Of a stretch of DNA of 64,000 bases, positions 8,694 to 17,147 are shown piece after piece (within the stretch, counting starts at the first letter, position 1; the number at the start of each line of letters is the position of its first letter). The DNA comes from an uncultured Candidatus Saccharibacteria bacterium (GTDB lineage: Bacteria > Patescibacteriota > Saccharimonadia > Saccharimonadales > UBA4665). The position numbers and the translations under genes are program-made. Under the pieces are notes generated by a model. The model saw nothing but the letters and a program-made list of their open reading frames with translations, was not told where the DNA came from and searched no databases. Location: assembly GCA_963835055.1 (NCBI GenBank), contig CAWIDU010000001.1, positions 124,182 through 188,181 on the forward strand, given 5' to 3'.

Positions 8694-9390
8694 ACAAGCC
8701 CTCCTCCAATTCTTGGCCGGCGCGGGAGACAAGGGTCATGACGTCGCGGTAACTCTGACGGGTTGGGCCGAGAGTGCCGATGTAGCTGCGGTCGCTGAAT
8801 GGGCTACGGAAACGGCAAATGATTAGGCTGACGCCAGCACTGCGACCGATTGGGTTTTCGCTGCCGATGTAGACGCTGAGTGGTTCGTTGGGCGCTGCCT
8901 CGCGCAGCCACGGCTCGAGATTGTCCAGTAGATTGGCAACTTGTTGGACTTGGGCGCCGCCGATGAATTCCGGCTGACCGAAGAGGTTGCCTAGGCCACT
9001 GATGTAGAGCTGGTTGCCGATGGTCGCCAGGCCGAGGTTGTGGGTCAGCTCGACCAGGGTGTCGACAGCATTGCGGATCATGCGCTCCGGCGCGCCGGCT
9101 TGCTGGACACGAGCCGACAGAGCTTTCTCAGCTCGGCCGGGCAGTAGTTGCTCAGTGTCGTCATGCAGGCTGTTGACGTAGAAGCGGTAACCGCGGTCGG
9201 TCGGAATGCGGCCGGCGCTGGTGTGCGGCTGCATGATGAAACCCAGACGCTCCAACTCGGCCATTTCGGCGCGGATGGTCGCCGAGCTGACATTGAAAAG
9301 TTTGGCCAGCAAGGTGCTGCCGACCGGGCTGGCGACTTCGGCGTACTGCTCGATAACGGCGCTCAGAATTTTCTGCTGGCGTTCAGTCAT
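8686..9390 (-). CDS. hrcA: Heat-inducible transcription repressor HrcA (short form, 234 aa)
   Basis: N-terminal wHTH MTERQQKILSAVIEQY...GSTLLAKLFNVSSATIRAEMAELERLGFI..PHTSAGRIPTDRGYRFYV and C-terminal GTLGPTRQSYRDVMTLV. Confidence 0.9.
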   Translation of the reverse strand: MTERQQKILSAVIEQYAEVASPVGSTLLAKLFNVSSATIRAEMAELERLGFIMQPHTSAGRIPTDRGYRFYVNSLHDDTEQLLPGRAEKALSARVQQAGAPERMIRNAVDTLVELTHNLGLATIGNQLYISGLGNLFGQPEFIGGAQVQQVANLLDNLEPWLREAAPNEPLSVYIGSENPIGRSAGVSLIICRFRSPFSDRSYIGTLGPTRQSYRDVMTLVSRAGQELEEGLYA

Positions 9391-9413
9391 AAGGCTCTCG
9401 TTTATGTCTGTAT

Positions 9414-9441
9414 CTTATAATTTTTAGCACTCGGGTGTCAA
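9414..9441 (-). promoter_or_regulatory. Putative sigma-70-type hrcA promoter embedded in CIRCE
   Basis: Minus strand reads TTGACA (9436-9441), a 16-nt spacer, then TATAAG (9414-9419). Confidence 0.5.
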
Positions 9442-9450
9442 GAGTGCCAG
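9424..9450 (-). promoter_or_regulatory. CIRCE operator upstream of hrcA
   Basis: TTAGCACTC-GGGTGTCAA-GAGTGCCAG. The left arm and spacer are identical to the dnaK copy. Confidence 0.85.
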
Positions 9451-9553
9451 CAGGCAATTATAGCTTGACAGTTCCTCTTCTGTGCTGAATAATCCATAAG
9501 CAGTAAGCGTAGCTAGTAACTACAAAACCTAAAAACTAGAAAATAACACAAAT

Positions 9554-11167
9554 ATGACATTCAAAAAACTCAATGCTCGGGGTTTCTCCCACGACATAGT
9601 GATGGTACTCTTCGTAATGATCTTCGCTATCGTTGGTGTTGGATACCTGGTAGCCTCCCATGCCGCTACCTCCACCACGCCTTATACCTCCACCAATCAA
9701 TTTAGTAGCTTTGTCTATGTGCCGCCGGCTAAAATTACCTGTCGGCGGGTATCGACGGTGCCTAACCTGACGCACTCCAACACCCAAAACCTGACCTTAC
9801 AGTTCAACACTAATAACTCTTGTTACCAATCTAGTACTACTGCTATGTACGAATTAACTCTGCCAGCTAACACCGTCGCTAATTCCCTCACCATGAATGT
9901 CTCCTATATAAACAATGGCTATAACACGGACTTTGTAGCGGCTGGTACTCCCTCCAACATGGTCTGGAAGGTTAATACCCATAGTACCCAAACTAACCAA
10001 TCAGTCACTATTACCCTATCCAACAGCCCCACCGTTATCTACTTTGGCCTAAGCGGTAGTGGGGCTAGCGGCGGCTTCAAAGGCAGCTACCCAGCGATAC
10101 GTAACTTCATAGTTAACTCCTACACCTTGAACGGCACGACGACTGTTACGACAGCTAACCCTACTCCGCCACCTTCATCACCACCAGTGTCGACAGGTGG
10201 TTCATGCTCAACCACCACTCCAGCTACCCCCAGCACAGACTCCGGACTACTGTTCAATGGAACGCAGATAAGCGAATACAACCTCGACCAATCAGTTCAT
10301 CTCGTACTAGCACCGGATCCTGTTAGCGGGACCTGCGATTCAGTCTTCGAAATGGCGGTCAATAACGGTGATACAAATGCCAACTATGGGTCAGTCGAAC
10401 CGACCGATAACCCACGGTCTCAACTGCTGGGGCCAGCAACTCTGACTGCCGGCGAGAATTACTGGTGGTCCACCAAGTTCTTGTTGCCATCAAGTGCCAT
10501 ACTGCCAAGTGATCCCTTCCCGACATCTTTCCCAGCCAGCGGCTGGATGAGCCTCATGGAGGGCGCTTACGGGCCGCCTTTCAACGGCTCCCCACCCGTT
10601 TCGTTTGGGGTTGGCGAAGTGAATGGCGTCGAACAGATCGGCTGGCAACGTAACGGTAATGTCAGTGCTAATGGTGCTAACAATAAGTATGACGAGCCCT
10701 ATACCACGCCAGCGGCTCCATATATTGGCCAGTGGACATACGTCCTATTCAACGAGCAACTCGGTACCTGCCCTCAAACTCAGGCCGAACTGTCGGCCAA
10801 CACCTGTCCCAGCGACCCTGGGTATATAAAAATGTGGCTCAGTACTGATCCGACTACCTTAGGTACCTCGGCTACTCAACTCACATTCTTCAATAGTGGC
10901 ATATACAACTTCAACAGTATTGCCCCGACACAACAGGTAAACATGTCAACCTTGGATAATAGCAATGACTGTGCTCTCAGTTACAATGCAACATTTTGTA
11001 CCACTGGTACCGGCTATAACAATAACTTTGACGTTATCCAGCAGTATCGGGAGTCTAATATGGGTGGTGAGTTCAACGATACTGTCACAACTTACGAGGG
11101 ACCGCTGATTATGGGACAGACCGAGGCCTCAGTGCTGAACGCTATTACCTCCGACGCCGGCGACTAG
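9554..11167 (+). CDS. Secreted or anchored 537-aa protein with a 'KLNARGFSHD' N-terminal signal; C-terminal ConA-like / polysaccharide-lyase-like domain (tentative)
   Basis: N-terminus MTFKKLNARGFSHDIVMVLFVMIFAIVGVGYLVASHAA, then a P/S/T linker. The C-terminal NPRSQLLG...ENYWWSTKFLLPSS...GWMSLMEGAYGPPFNGSPPVSFGV resembles the PF14099-type jelly-roll. Confidence 0.8.
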   Translation: MTFKKLNARGFSHDIVMVLFVMIFAIVGVGYLVASHAATSTTPYTSTNQFSSFVYVPPAKITCRRVSTVPNLTHSNTQNLTLQFNTNNSCYQSSTTAMYELTLPANTVANSLTMNVSYINNGYNTDFVAAGTPSNMVWKVNTHSTQTNQSVTITLSNSPTVIYFGLSGSGASGGFKGSYPAIRNFIVNSYTLNGTTTVTTANPTPPPSSPPVSTGGSCSTTTPATPSTDSGLLFNGTQISEYNLDQSVHLVLAPDPVSGTCDSVFEMAVNNGDTNANYGSVEPTDNPRSQLLGPATLTAGENYWWSTKFLLPSSAILPSDPFPTSFPASGWMSLMEGAYGPPFNGSPPVSFGVGEVNGVEQIGWQRNGNVSANGANNKYDEPYTTPAAPYIGQWTYVLFNEQLGTCPQTQAELSANTCPSDPGYIKMWLSTDPTTLGTSATQLTFFNSGIYNFNSIAPTQQVNMSTLDNSNDCALSYNATFCTTGTGYNNNFDVIQQYRESNMGGEFNDTVTTYEGPLIMGQTEASVLNAITSDAGD

Positions 11168-11182
11168 GCTGTTCTAGCTCTA

Positions 11183-11905
11183 CTAAACATTCGTTGCTAG
11201 ATAGTCGCGGATGGCTTTGGTCAGTTGTTGAGCCACCATTCGAGCTTTACTTTCGGTAGCAGTTCCACGCGATTTGTCCTGGACGATCGCCTGAACTTCC
11301 TCAAAAGTACCGTCTAAGTCAGCATTAACGACCGCTATATAATAATCAGTGGATAGTAGTTCTTTGATTTCCGCCAAAGCGGTTTCTAGCCGGCGTCGCA
11401 TATCCTTTTCATCAACTACGTTGTTGCGCTGACGCAGGCGATTTCGCCAGGTTTCAAAATCAGGTGGCAATAAAAAAATTGCCATGATGTTCGGATCAAT
11501 AGCCTTGTACTCGGCGACGCCTTGGACTTCAATGTCAGCTAGCGCGATCTGGTGGGCGTCATGGGCTGCTTGGATCTCAGCTACACTGGTGCCATAAAGG
11601 TTGTCACTGAAAATTTTGGCTTCCACAAAAGCCTGCTCATTAAGCAACTGAGCTGCTTGAGTCTCGTCGATGAAATGGTATTCCCGGCCATCTCGTTCTT
11701 GAACGCCGTGGTTGACGCGCGGCGACCGGGTAGTATGCGACACAATGTGATGATAGCCGCCGGCAGCTAGCAATCCATCTTTTAGAGCACTTTTACCGGA
11801 GCCGCTAGGACCGACCAATAGCAGGATAGGCGTGCTCTTGATTAACTCGATGGTCGACGGGCTCGGTTGATACGTATCTAACTTTTGAAGGAGAGTCGAT
11901 TCCAT
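11183..11905 (-). CDS. gmk: Guanylate kinase
   Basis: GPSGSGKS P-loop; HTTRSPR...G.EYHF; 240 aa. Confidence 0.85.
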   Translation of the reverse strand: MESTLLQKLDTYQPSPSTIELIKSTPILLLVGPSGSGKSALKDGLLAAGGYHHIVSHTTRSPRVNHGVQERDGREYHFIDETQAAQLLNEQAFVEAKIFSDNLYGTSVAEIQAAHDAHQIALADIEVQGVAEYKAIDPNIMAIFLLPPDFETWRNRLRQRNNVVDEKDMRRRLETALAEIKELLSTDYYIAVVNADLDGTFEEVQAIVQDKSRGTATESKARMVAQQLTKAIRDYLATNV

Positions 11906-11956
11906 CGCTCATTTGTAACAGATTTACCGCGGAATGGAAAGCCCTTACGCTTCGTT

Positions 11957-12622
11957 TTAAATATACTTGTCTTGGCCGAACAGCCGTGGGCGCATGAATA
12001 GGGCCCGCAACAGTATGATATTTAGGTGCAAAGCAGCGATCAATATGCCACCCGCCAGGACTGGGTAGCCAATCGAGACGGCCAGACCGTGGTGGTTGGC
12101 AGCCACGCGGGTTAGGCTGAAAGCCAAAGGCAGGACGCCGTGGATGGTAAAGCTCAGGAAAGCAAACAAGATCAGTAGGGCGACTGCCCGTAGGACGAAA
12201 CCCTGGGCCGCCGATTTCAATAGGGTGCGACGATTAACATTGACGTACGTCATTTCGGCTTCCAGATCGGCGACGTTGCGCAGGGCGCTGAAAAGTCTGA
12301 TAGCCAACGGATAAACAATGACGCCGACGCCGGCCCAAAAGATAAACAGCGGGATATCACTGACCAATGTATTGGACGAGAAGTTGTTATTGAGAGCTTG
12401 CGAGGTGGTGCTGACCGAACTACCGCTACTAAGGCTATGCAAGTTAAATAATTTCTGGACGCCCTGGTTGCTGTAGAAATTGGCACCGGCCACGCCAATC
12501 ACGGCGGCCACACTGGCACCTACCACTGCTAGACCGCTAGCCCACGATGGTTTCAGCAAGGTAATAAATTGCTGGCGATTGCCGCCTCTGGCGCCGGGCG
12601 ATTGTTTGACGTTGTTAGCCAT
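11957..12622 (-). CDS. Multi-pass membrane protein, function unknown
   Basis: 221 aa with at least four hydrophobic segments; no recognisable motif. Confidence 0.7.
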   Translation of the reverse strand: MANNVKQSPGARGGNRQQFITLLKPSWASGLAVVGASVAAVIGVAGANFYSNQGVQKLFNLHSLSSGSSVSTTSQALNNNFSSNTLVSDIPLFIFWAGVGVIVYPLAIRLFSALRNVADLEAEMTYVNVNRRTLLKSAAQGFVLRAVALLILFAFLSFTIHGVLPLAFSLTRVAANHHGLAVSIGYPVLAGGILIAALHLNIILLRALFMRPRLFGQDKYI

Positions 12623-12751
12623 AACTAGTTTTATTGTATGCCAGCCAGTTTTGAAAAGGAAATCAGCGGCCGGTGCATAACTTCTTGACAGCCAGAGTAA
12701 GATTGTTATGCTTAGACTAGTTCTTCAAAATTAAAATTGCAGAAAGCAAAC

Positions 12752-14830
12752 GTGAAATTACTGAAGCTCAACCGACAGGGCTTTTCGCACGATATTATGT
12801 TGGTTGTTTTCGTAGTCATCTTTGCCGTTGTCGGCGTCGGTTATATAGTGGCCGGCCATGCCGCCGAAGTCGCCCCGGATCTCGGCGTCAACACCGCCAA
12901 CGGCGCTAGTTGCGCTGGTGGCTTGAGTGGCTGGGCATCTGAAGGTCTATCTAGCAGCTCAGAAGTTATCAATATTTATGTTTATGCCAATGGGGCGCCC
13001 GGCAATCCGGCCAATACTGGTAGTGGTACTTTTGTCGGTGAAACTAACAATGGTGGGCATGGTTATCCGGCCACTAACCCGAGCTGGTCAATGGCTATAC
13101 CGGCCCAGTTTCAATATCAAACAACTACCTATTATATTTACGCCATTAATCAAGGTGGCACAGAGACCGGCTCTGGCGTTGGTGGGTCAATTTACGGCGC
13201 TGACCCGATTACTTTGTCGGCCTGTGCTACCCCTCCACCCAGTCCGTCGGCGCCGCCGGTGCTTGGCATAAATTCGGCTTCTTGCAGTGGCGGCCTGAGT
13301 GGCTGGGCCTCGGCCGACCTATCTAGCAGCACGGAAGTTGTTAAGATTGATGTCTATGCCAATGGGGCGCCGGGCAATCCGGCCAACACCGGCAGCGGTA
13401 CTTTTGTCGGCGAGACAACGAATGGCGGGCACGGTTATCCAGCTTATAACCCAAGTTGGTCAATGGCTATACCGGCCCAGTTCCAAACCTCCAATAACAC
13501 TTTTTATATCTATGCCGTAAACCAAGCCGGGGTAGCCACCGGACCAGCTGGTGGTGGTGTCAGTGGCAGCGGCAATGTTTACGGCCCCGACCCAGTAACT
13601 ACGACTGCTTGCGTCACGGCGAGTACTGGTGGCGGCAGCAGTGGCAGCACAACTAGCAACACTGGATCGGGCAGTGGTTCCAGCTCCACCAAAAGCGGAT
13701 CCGGCAGCAGTGGTAGTGGAGGCAGTTTGGACGGCACGACTGGCGGCACGAAAGCCGGCAGTAGCGACAGCGGTTTGGACAGCACTACTGGCGGCACAAC
13801 GGCAACAGGTGCTAGTAGCAACACTGGCGGTAAGACTGCCAGTGGTTCCAGCGGCGGCCAAGCCACCGTTAAATCCAAGAGTCTGAGTACTACTATCGCC
13901 CAGGATACCATTTGCCACATCCCGGGTTTAAGCTCTGTTCTCAAGAGCCTTTGTACCCGGACCCAAGTCGTCCAGGAAACCACCAACTTCGTTGGCAAAG
14001 CCGTAATTGACGGCTACTATGGCCTTAAATCACGCCCCGTAAAGACTACTGGCCTCGGCGGAGGCGGTCAATCGACGGGTATCCCAACTGGCCAGCAATG
14101 GATAGCTTCCGGCTATAAAGCGCTGCCTAATTACTACTATGTTCAAGGCTGGCAGAACGCTTTGGCAACCGGAGTATCGGCCGAATTAACGCAAAACGAT
14201 CCGAAACTGGCGGCTTTTAACACCACTTCCGGCGACCATTCATTGATGCAGATAGCTATCCTCGCGCCAAGCGGTCAGGATGACGTGGAATTTGGCTGGA
14301 TAGTTGACGACTATTCGGCTGGTATGAGCGACAAAAAGCCGCATCTTTTCGTCTACGCCGAGCAAAACGGCTACAACAGCGGCAACGACTGTTACAACAG
14401 CTGTGGTTACGTACCGATCCCCAACAGTTTGAACTTGCAGCCTGGCGATAACGTTAACATTGATTCGTCAGCTCAGTATGCCATTCAGTACGTCGCCGGT
14501 GTTTGGCAGATTGTTTATAACGGTGTTGAGCTTGGCTACATTCCTGGATCGTACTGGTCACAAGCTAGTAATAATCCTGTTAACTTCACCTTTGGCGCAG
14601 ATGAAGGCGCCTGGGGTGAAGTTTACACTCAGACACCGAAATTTTGCAGCCAGATGGGCACCGGTATTATGGGACTAGACAAAGGGTCTGCTATGATTAG
14701 CAACTTTAACCTCGTAGGAGCGGGGGTGGCGCCAAACTTCAGTCCGGTATTGGCCAGTAATCCAACGGCCTGGAACCTTGGCTTGCCCACCAATACTTCA
14801 TTCACCCTTGGTGGTCCGGGGCAGTGTTAA
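12752..14830 (+). CDS. Secreted protein: 'KLNRQGFSHD' signal, two tandem 124-aa repeats, G/S/T linker, C-terminal neprosin (DUF239)-like peptidase domain
   Basis: ORF 12737..14830 starts with TTG; I prefer the GTG at 12752, giving MKLLKLNRQGFSHD. The C-terminal DHSLMQIAI...VEFGWIVD...PHLFVYAEQNGYNSGNDCYNSCGYVP...WQIVYNGVELGYIPGSYW...GAWGEVY fits the neprosin/DUF239 pattern. Confidence 0.85.
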   Translation: MKLLKLNRQGFSHDIMLVVFVVIFAVVGVGYIVAGHAAEVAPDLGVNTANGASCAGGLSGWASEGLSSSSEVINIYVYANGAPGNPANTGSGTFVGETNNGGHGYPATNPSWSMAIPAQFQYQTTTYYIYAINQGGTETGSGVGGSIYGADPITLSACATPPPSPSAPPVLGINSASCSGGLSGWASADLSSSTEVVKIDVYANGAPGNPANTGSGTFVGETTNGGHGYPAYNPSWSMAIPAQFQTSNNTFYIYAVNQAGVATGPAGGGVSGSGNVYGPDPVTTTACVTASTGGGSSGSTTSNTGSGSGSSSTKSGSGSSGSGGSLDGTTGGTKAGSSDSGLDSTTGGTTATGASSNTGGKTASGSSGGQATVKSKSLSTTIAQDTICHIPGLSSVLKSLCTRTQVVQETTNFVGKAVIDGYYGLKSRPVKTTGLGGGGQSTGIPTGQQWIASGYKALPNYYYVQGWQNALATGVSAELTQNDPKLAAFNTTSGDHSLMQIAILAPSGQDDVEFGWIVDDYSAGMSDKKPHLFVYAEQNGYNSGNDCYNSCGYVPIPNSLNLQPGDNVNIDSSAQYAIQYVAGVWQIVYNGVELGYIPGSYWSQASNNPVNFTFGADEGAWGEVYTQTPKFCSQMGTGIMGLDKGSAMISNFNLVGAGVAPNFSPVLASNPTAWNLGLPTNTSFTLGGPGQC
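12911..13620 (+). repeat. Tandem in-frame duplication, period 372 nt (124 aa), two copies
   Basis: C(A/S)GGLSGWAS...VYANGAPGNPANTGSGTFVGET.NGGHGYPA.NPSWSMAIPAQFQ...YIYA.NQ.G appears twice. The Cys codons at 12911 and 13283 mark the period. Confidence 0.9.
13617..13875 (+). repeat. Low-complexity Gly/Ser/Thr-rich linker coding region
   Basis: Translation is TGGGSSGSTTSNTGSGSGSSSTKSGSGSSGSGGS...GGKTASGSSGG. Confidence 0.85.
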
Positions 14831-14831
14831 T

Positions 14832-15239
14832 ATGAAACTACTTATGCCACGGCGCAAATTATCAGAGCAAGGTTTCGAACATCTTAGTATGCTGCTGTTA
14901 ACGATGGTGATCGTCGTCATTGTCGGCGTTTTCCTGGCTGTCAGCCATCGGTCAAATAATAGTTGTACCGGTCAAACTTGGGCACTCAATTCTAACGGAC
15001 AATGTGTAATGTATGCCCAGCAGCTGGCTAATGCTTATTTCTCGAAAGCCGCACCGCTACCGATGGACGGCAATTACAGCGCCCAGACCGTTGGTCTGGT
15101 CAAGAACTTCCAGTCAGCCATGAACCTTACGGCTAGCGGTACTGTTGACGCCAAGACCTGGGGCAAATTATGTTCCACCACCAAAACCAGCCCCAACCTC
15201 TATGGTTCTTGGGCGGCGGCTAAAGCTGCCGGCTGTTAA
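14832..15239 (+). CDS. Small secreted protein with a peptidoglycan-binding (PG_binding_1-like) domain and a 'KLSEQGFEH' signal
   Basis: ATG at 14832, 1 nt after the upstream stop. MKLLMPRRKLSEQGFEHLSMLLLTMVIVVIVGVFLAVSH. DGNYSAQTVGLVKNFQSAMNLTASGTVDAKTWGKL matches the PG-binding repeat. Confidence 0.75.
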   Translation: MKLLMPRRKLSEQGFEHLSMLLLTMVIVVIVGVFLAVSHRSNNSCTGQTWALNSNGQCVMYAQQLANAYFSKAAPLPMDGNYSAQTVGLVKNFQSAMNLTASGTVDAKTWGKLCSTTKTSPNLYGSWAAAKAAGC

Positions 15240-17019
15240 TCACGTTTCAGTAAAACAGTGAAAGCTTCGGCCGGCAGGTCGACGCGGCCAAATCTTTTTA
15301 ATCTTTTCTTGCCCTTGGCTTGCTTGGCCAGGACCTTCTTTTTGCGCGAGACATCACCGCCGTATAGTCCGGTCGTTACGTCTTTGCGGTAGGCACTAAT
15401 GTCTTCGCGGGCGATAAATTTGCCGCCAATGGCCGCTTGCAGGCTGACCTGGAAATTCTGGCGCGGGATGATATCTTTCAATTTTTCAACAGTGTTGTGG
15501 CCCAGGGATTGAGCTTCGCTGCGGTGCACCATAATACTTAGCGCGCTAACCATGTCGCCGGCGACGTAGAAATCAAGGCGTACTAAATCTTCGGCTCGAT
15601 AATCGGCCAGTTCATAATTAAATGAACCGTAGCCGCTGGTCAGGCTTTTGAGCTGGTCATAAAAATCAGTCAGCAGGTTGGCAAGCGGCGCTTCGAAACT
15701 AACCAGCGCTTGCTTGTCGACATAGCTGAGGTTAGTCTGACGGCCGCGCTTGCCGCTAATTAGCTGGATGACGCCGCCAACGTAAGCCTGGGGCACGACG
15801 ATTTCGCCGTTGATCCACGGTTCGCGGATTTCCTTGATTTTCGCCGGGTCGGGCAAGTCGGCGGCACTCTTGATATCCAGCTCTTCCCCATTTAGCAAAA
15901 CCACTTGGTAATCGGTCGATGGGTTGGTGACCAGCAGGTCGAGGTTGTATTCGCGCTCTAACCTTTCGCGGACGATGTCCATATGTAACAGGCCAAGGAA
16001 ACCAATTCGGACGCCAAATCCCAGGACCGGCGAATTCTCCGGTGCGAATTGCAGAGCCGAATCGCTGAGCTGAAAGTTTTTCGATGGCGTCTTTTAATTC
16101 CTGGTACTGCTCGTTGGATTCCGGGAAGAAGCCGGCATAGACGAACGGCTGGACGTTCTTGTAGCCGGGCAAAGGTTGGTGGGCTGATTTGGCCACCAAA
16201 GTCACAGTGTCGCCGACTTTGGCCTCGCGGGTGGATTTCAAATTCGTGACGATATAGCCGATTTCGCCGGCTTGTAACTTGGTGCCAGGTGTCATTTCTG
16301 GCGTCAGGGCGCCGACTTCCAGAGCGATGCCGCTGAGCCGAGGTGGCCATCATTTTAATCTGGCGAATTTTTGGCAATTTCGCCGTCAATCACCCGGAGG
16401 TACAGAATTACGCCGCGGTAATCATCATAATAAGAGTCGAAAATCAGCGCCCGGGTTTCTGGTTTTTCGGAAAACTTGGGTGCTGGGATATCGCTGACAA
16501 TTCTTTCCAGAAACTTCTCCACGCCCTGCCCGGTTTTGGCCGAAATATGCAAGATTTCCTCGGGCTTACAATTTAGAAGGCTAATAATTTCGGCACTGAC
16601 TCGCTCGACGTTAGCCGCCGGCAGGTCAATTTTATTGAGGACTGGAATCAGTCGTCAGGTTGGCGGCCATCGCCAGATAAACATTGGCCAGCGTCTGGGC
16701 CTGGATGCCCTGGGTGGCGTCGACCACCAGCAGCGCGCCTTCACAGGCCTGCAAGGCTGCGCGAAACTTCATAGCTGAAGTCGACGTGGCCGGGCGTGTC
16801 GATTAGATTGAATTCGTAATCCCGGTATTTCATGCGCACCGGCGCCAGCTTAATGGTAATGCCCTTCTCGCGCTCCAGGTCCATCTTGTCTAGCAGCTGG
16901 GCTTTCATGTCGCGCTTGGCGACGGTGCCGGTCAACTCCAGCAAGCGGTCGGCCAGCGTCGACTTGCCATGGTCAATGTGCGCGATAATACAAAAGTTGC
17001 GGATGTGGTCTTGTTGCAT
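15236..17019 (-). pseudogene. lepA: Elongation factor 4 (LepA) broken by about five single-nucleotide insertions
   Basis: LepA-like translation is spread over ORFs 16741..17019, an unlisted frame, 16355..16552, 15958..16389, 15756..16295 and 15236..15982. The junctions lie near 16748, 16653, 16363, 16331 and 16064. Confidence 0.9.
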
Positions 17020-17147
17020 GTCCTGACATTATAAAGCCTACCCGAGGGAAAGCTGCCTAAAAGATTGACAAAGGTGTTAGTTTTCTGTAAACCTTTAAGC
17101 ATAAATGTAATTAAAATTAATGACTACAAAAAGCAAAAAGAGAGCAT

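Noticed and set aside
13460-13998. Antisense ORFs of 152 and 139 aa over the G/S/T linker region
   Set aside because: These arise from low-complexity GC-rich repeats in the sense gene and have no independent signals.
15236-17019. Programmed +1 frameshifting (prfB-like) as the explanation for the lepA breaks
   Set aside because: Conserved residues ([21 protein letters not shown]) are recovered only if the extra base is removed several codons before each zero-frame stop. There is no shared slippery/stop motif or upstream SD-like stimulator, and five recoding events in one gene is implausible.
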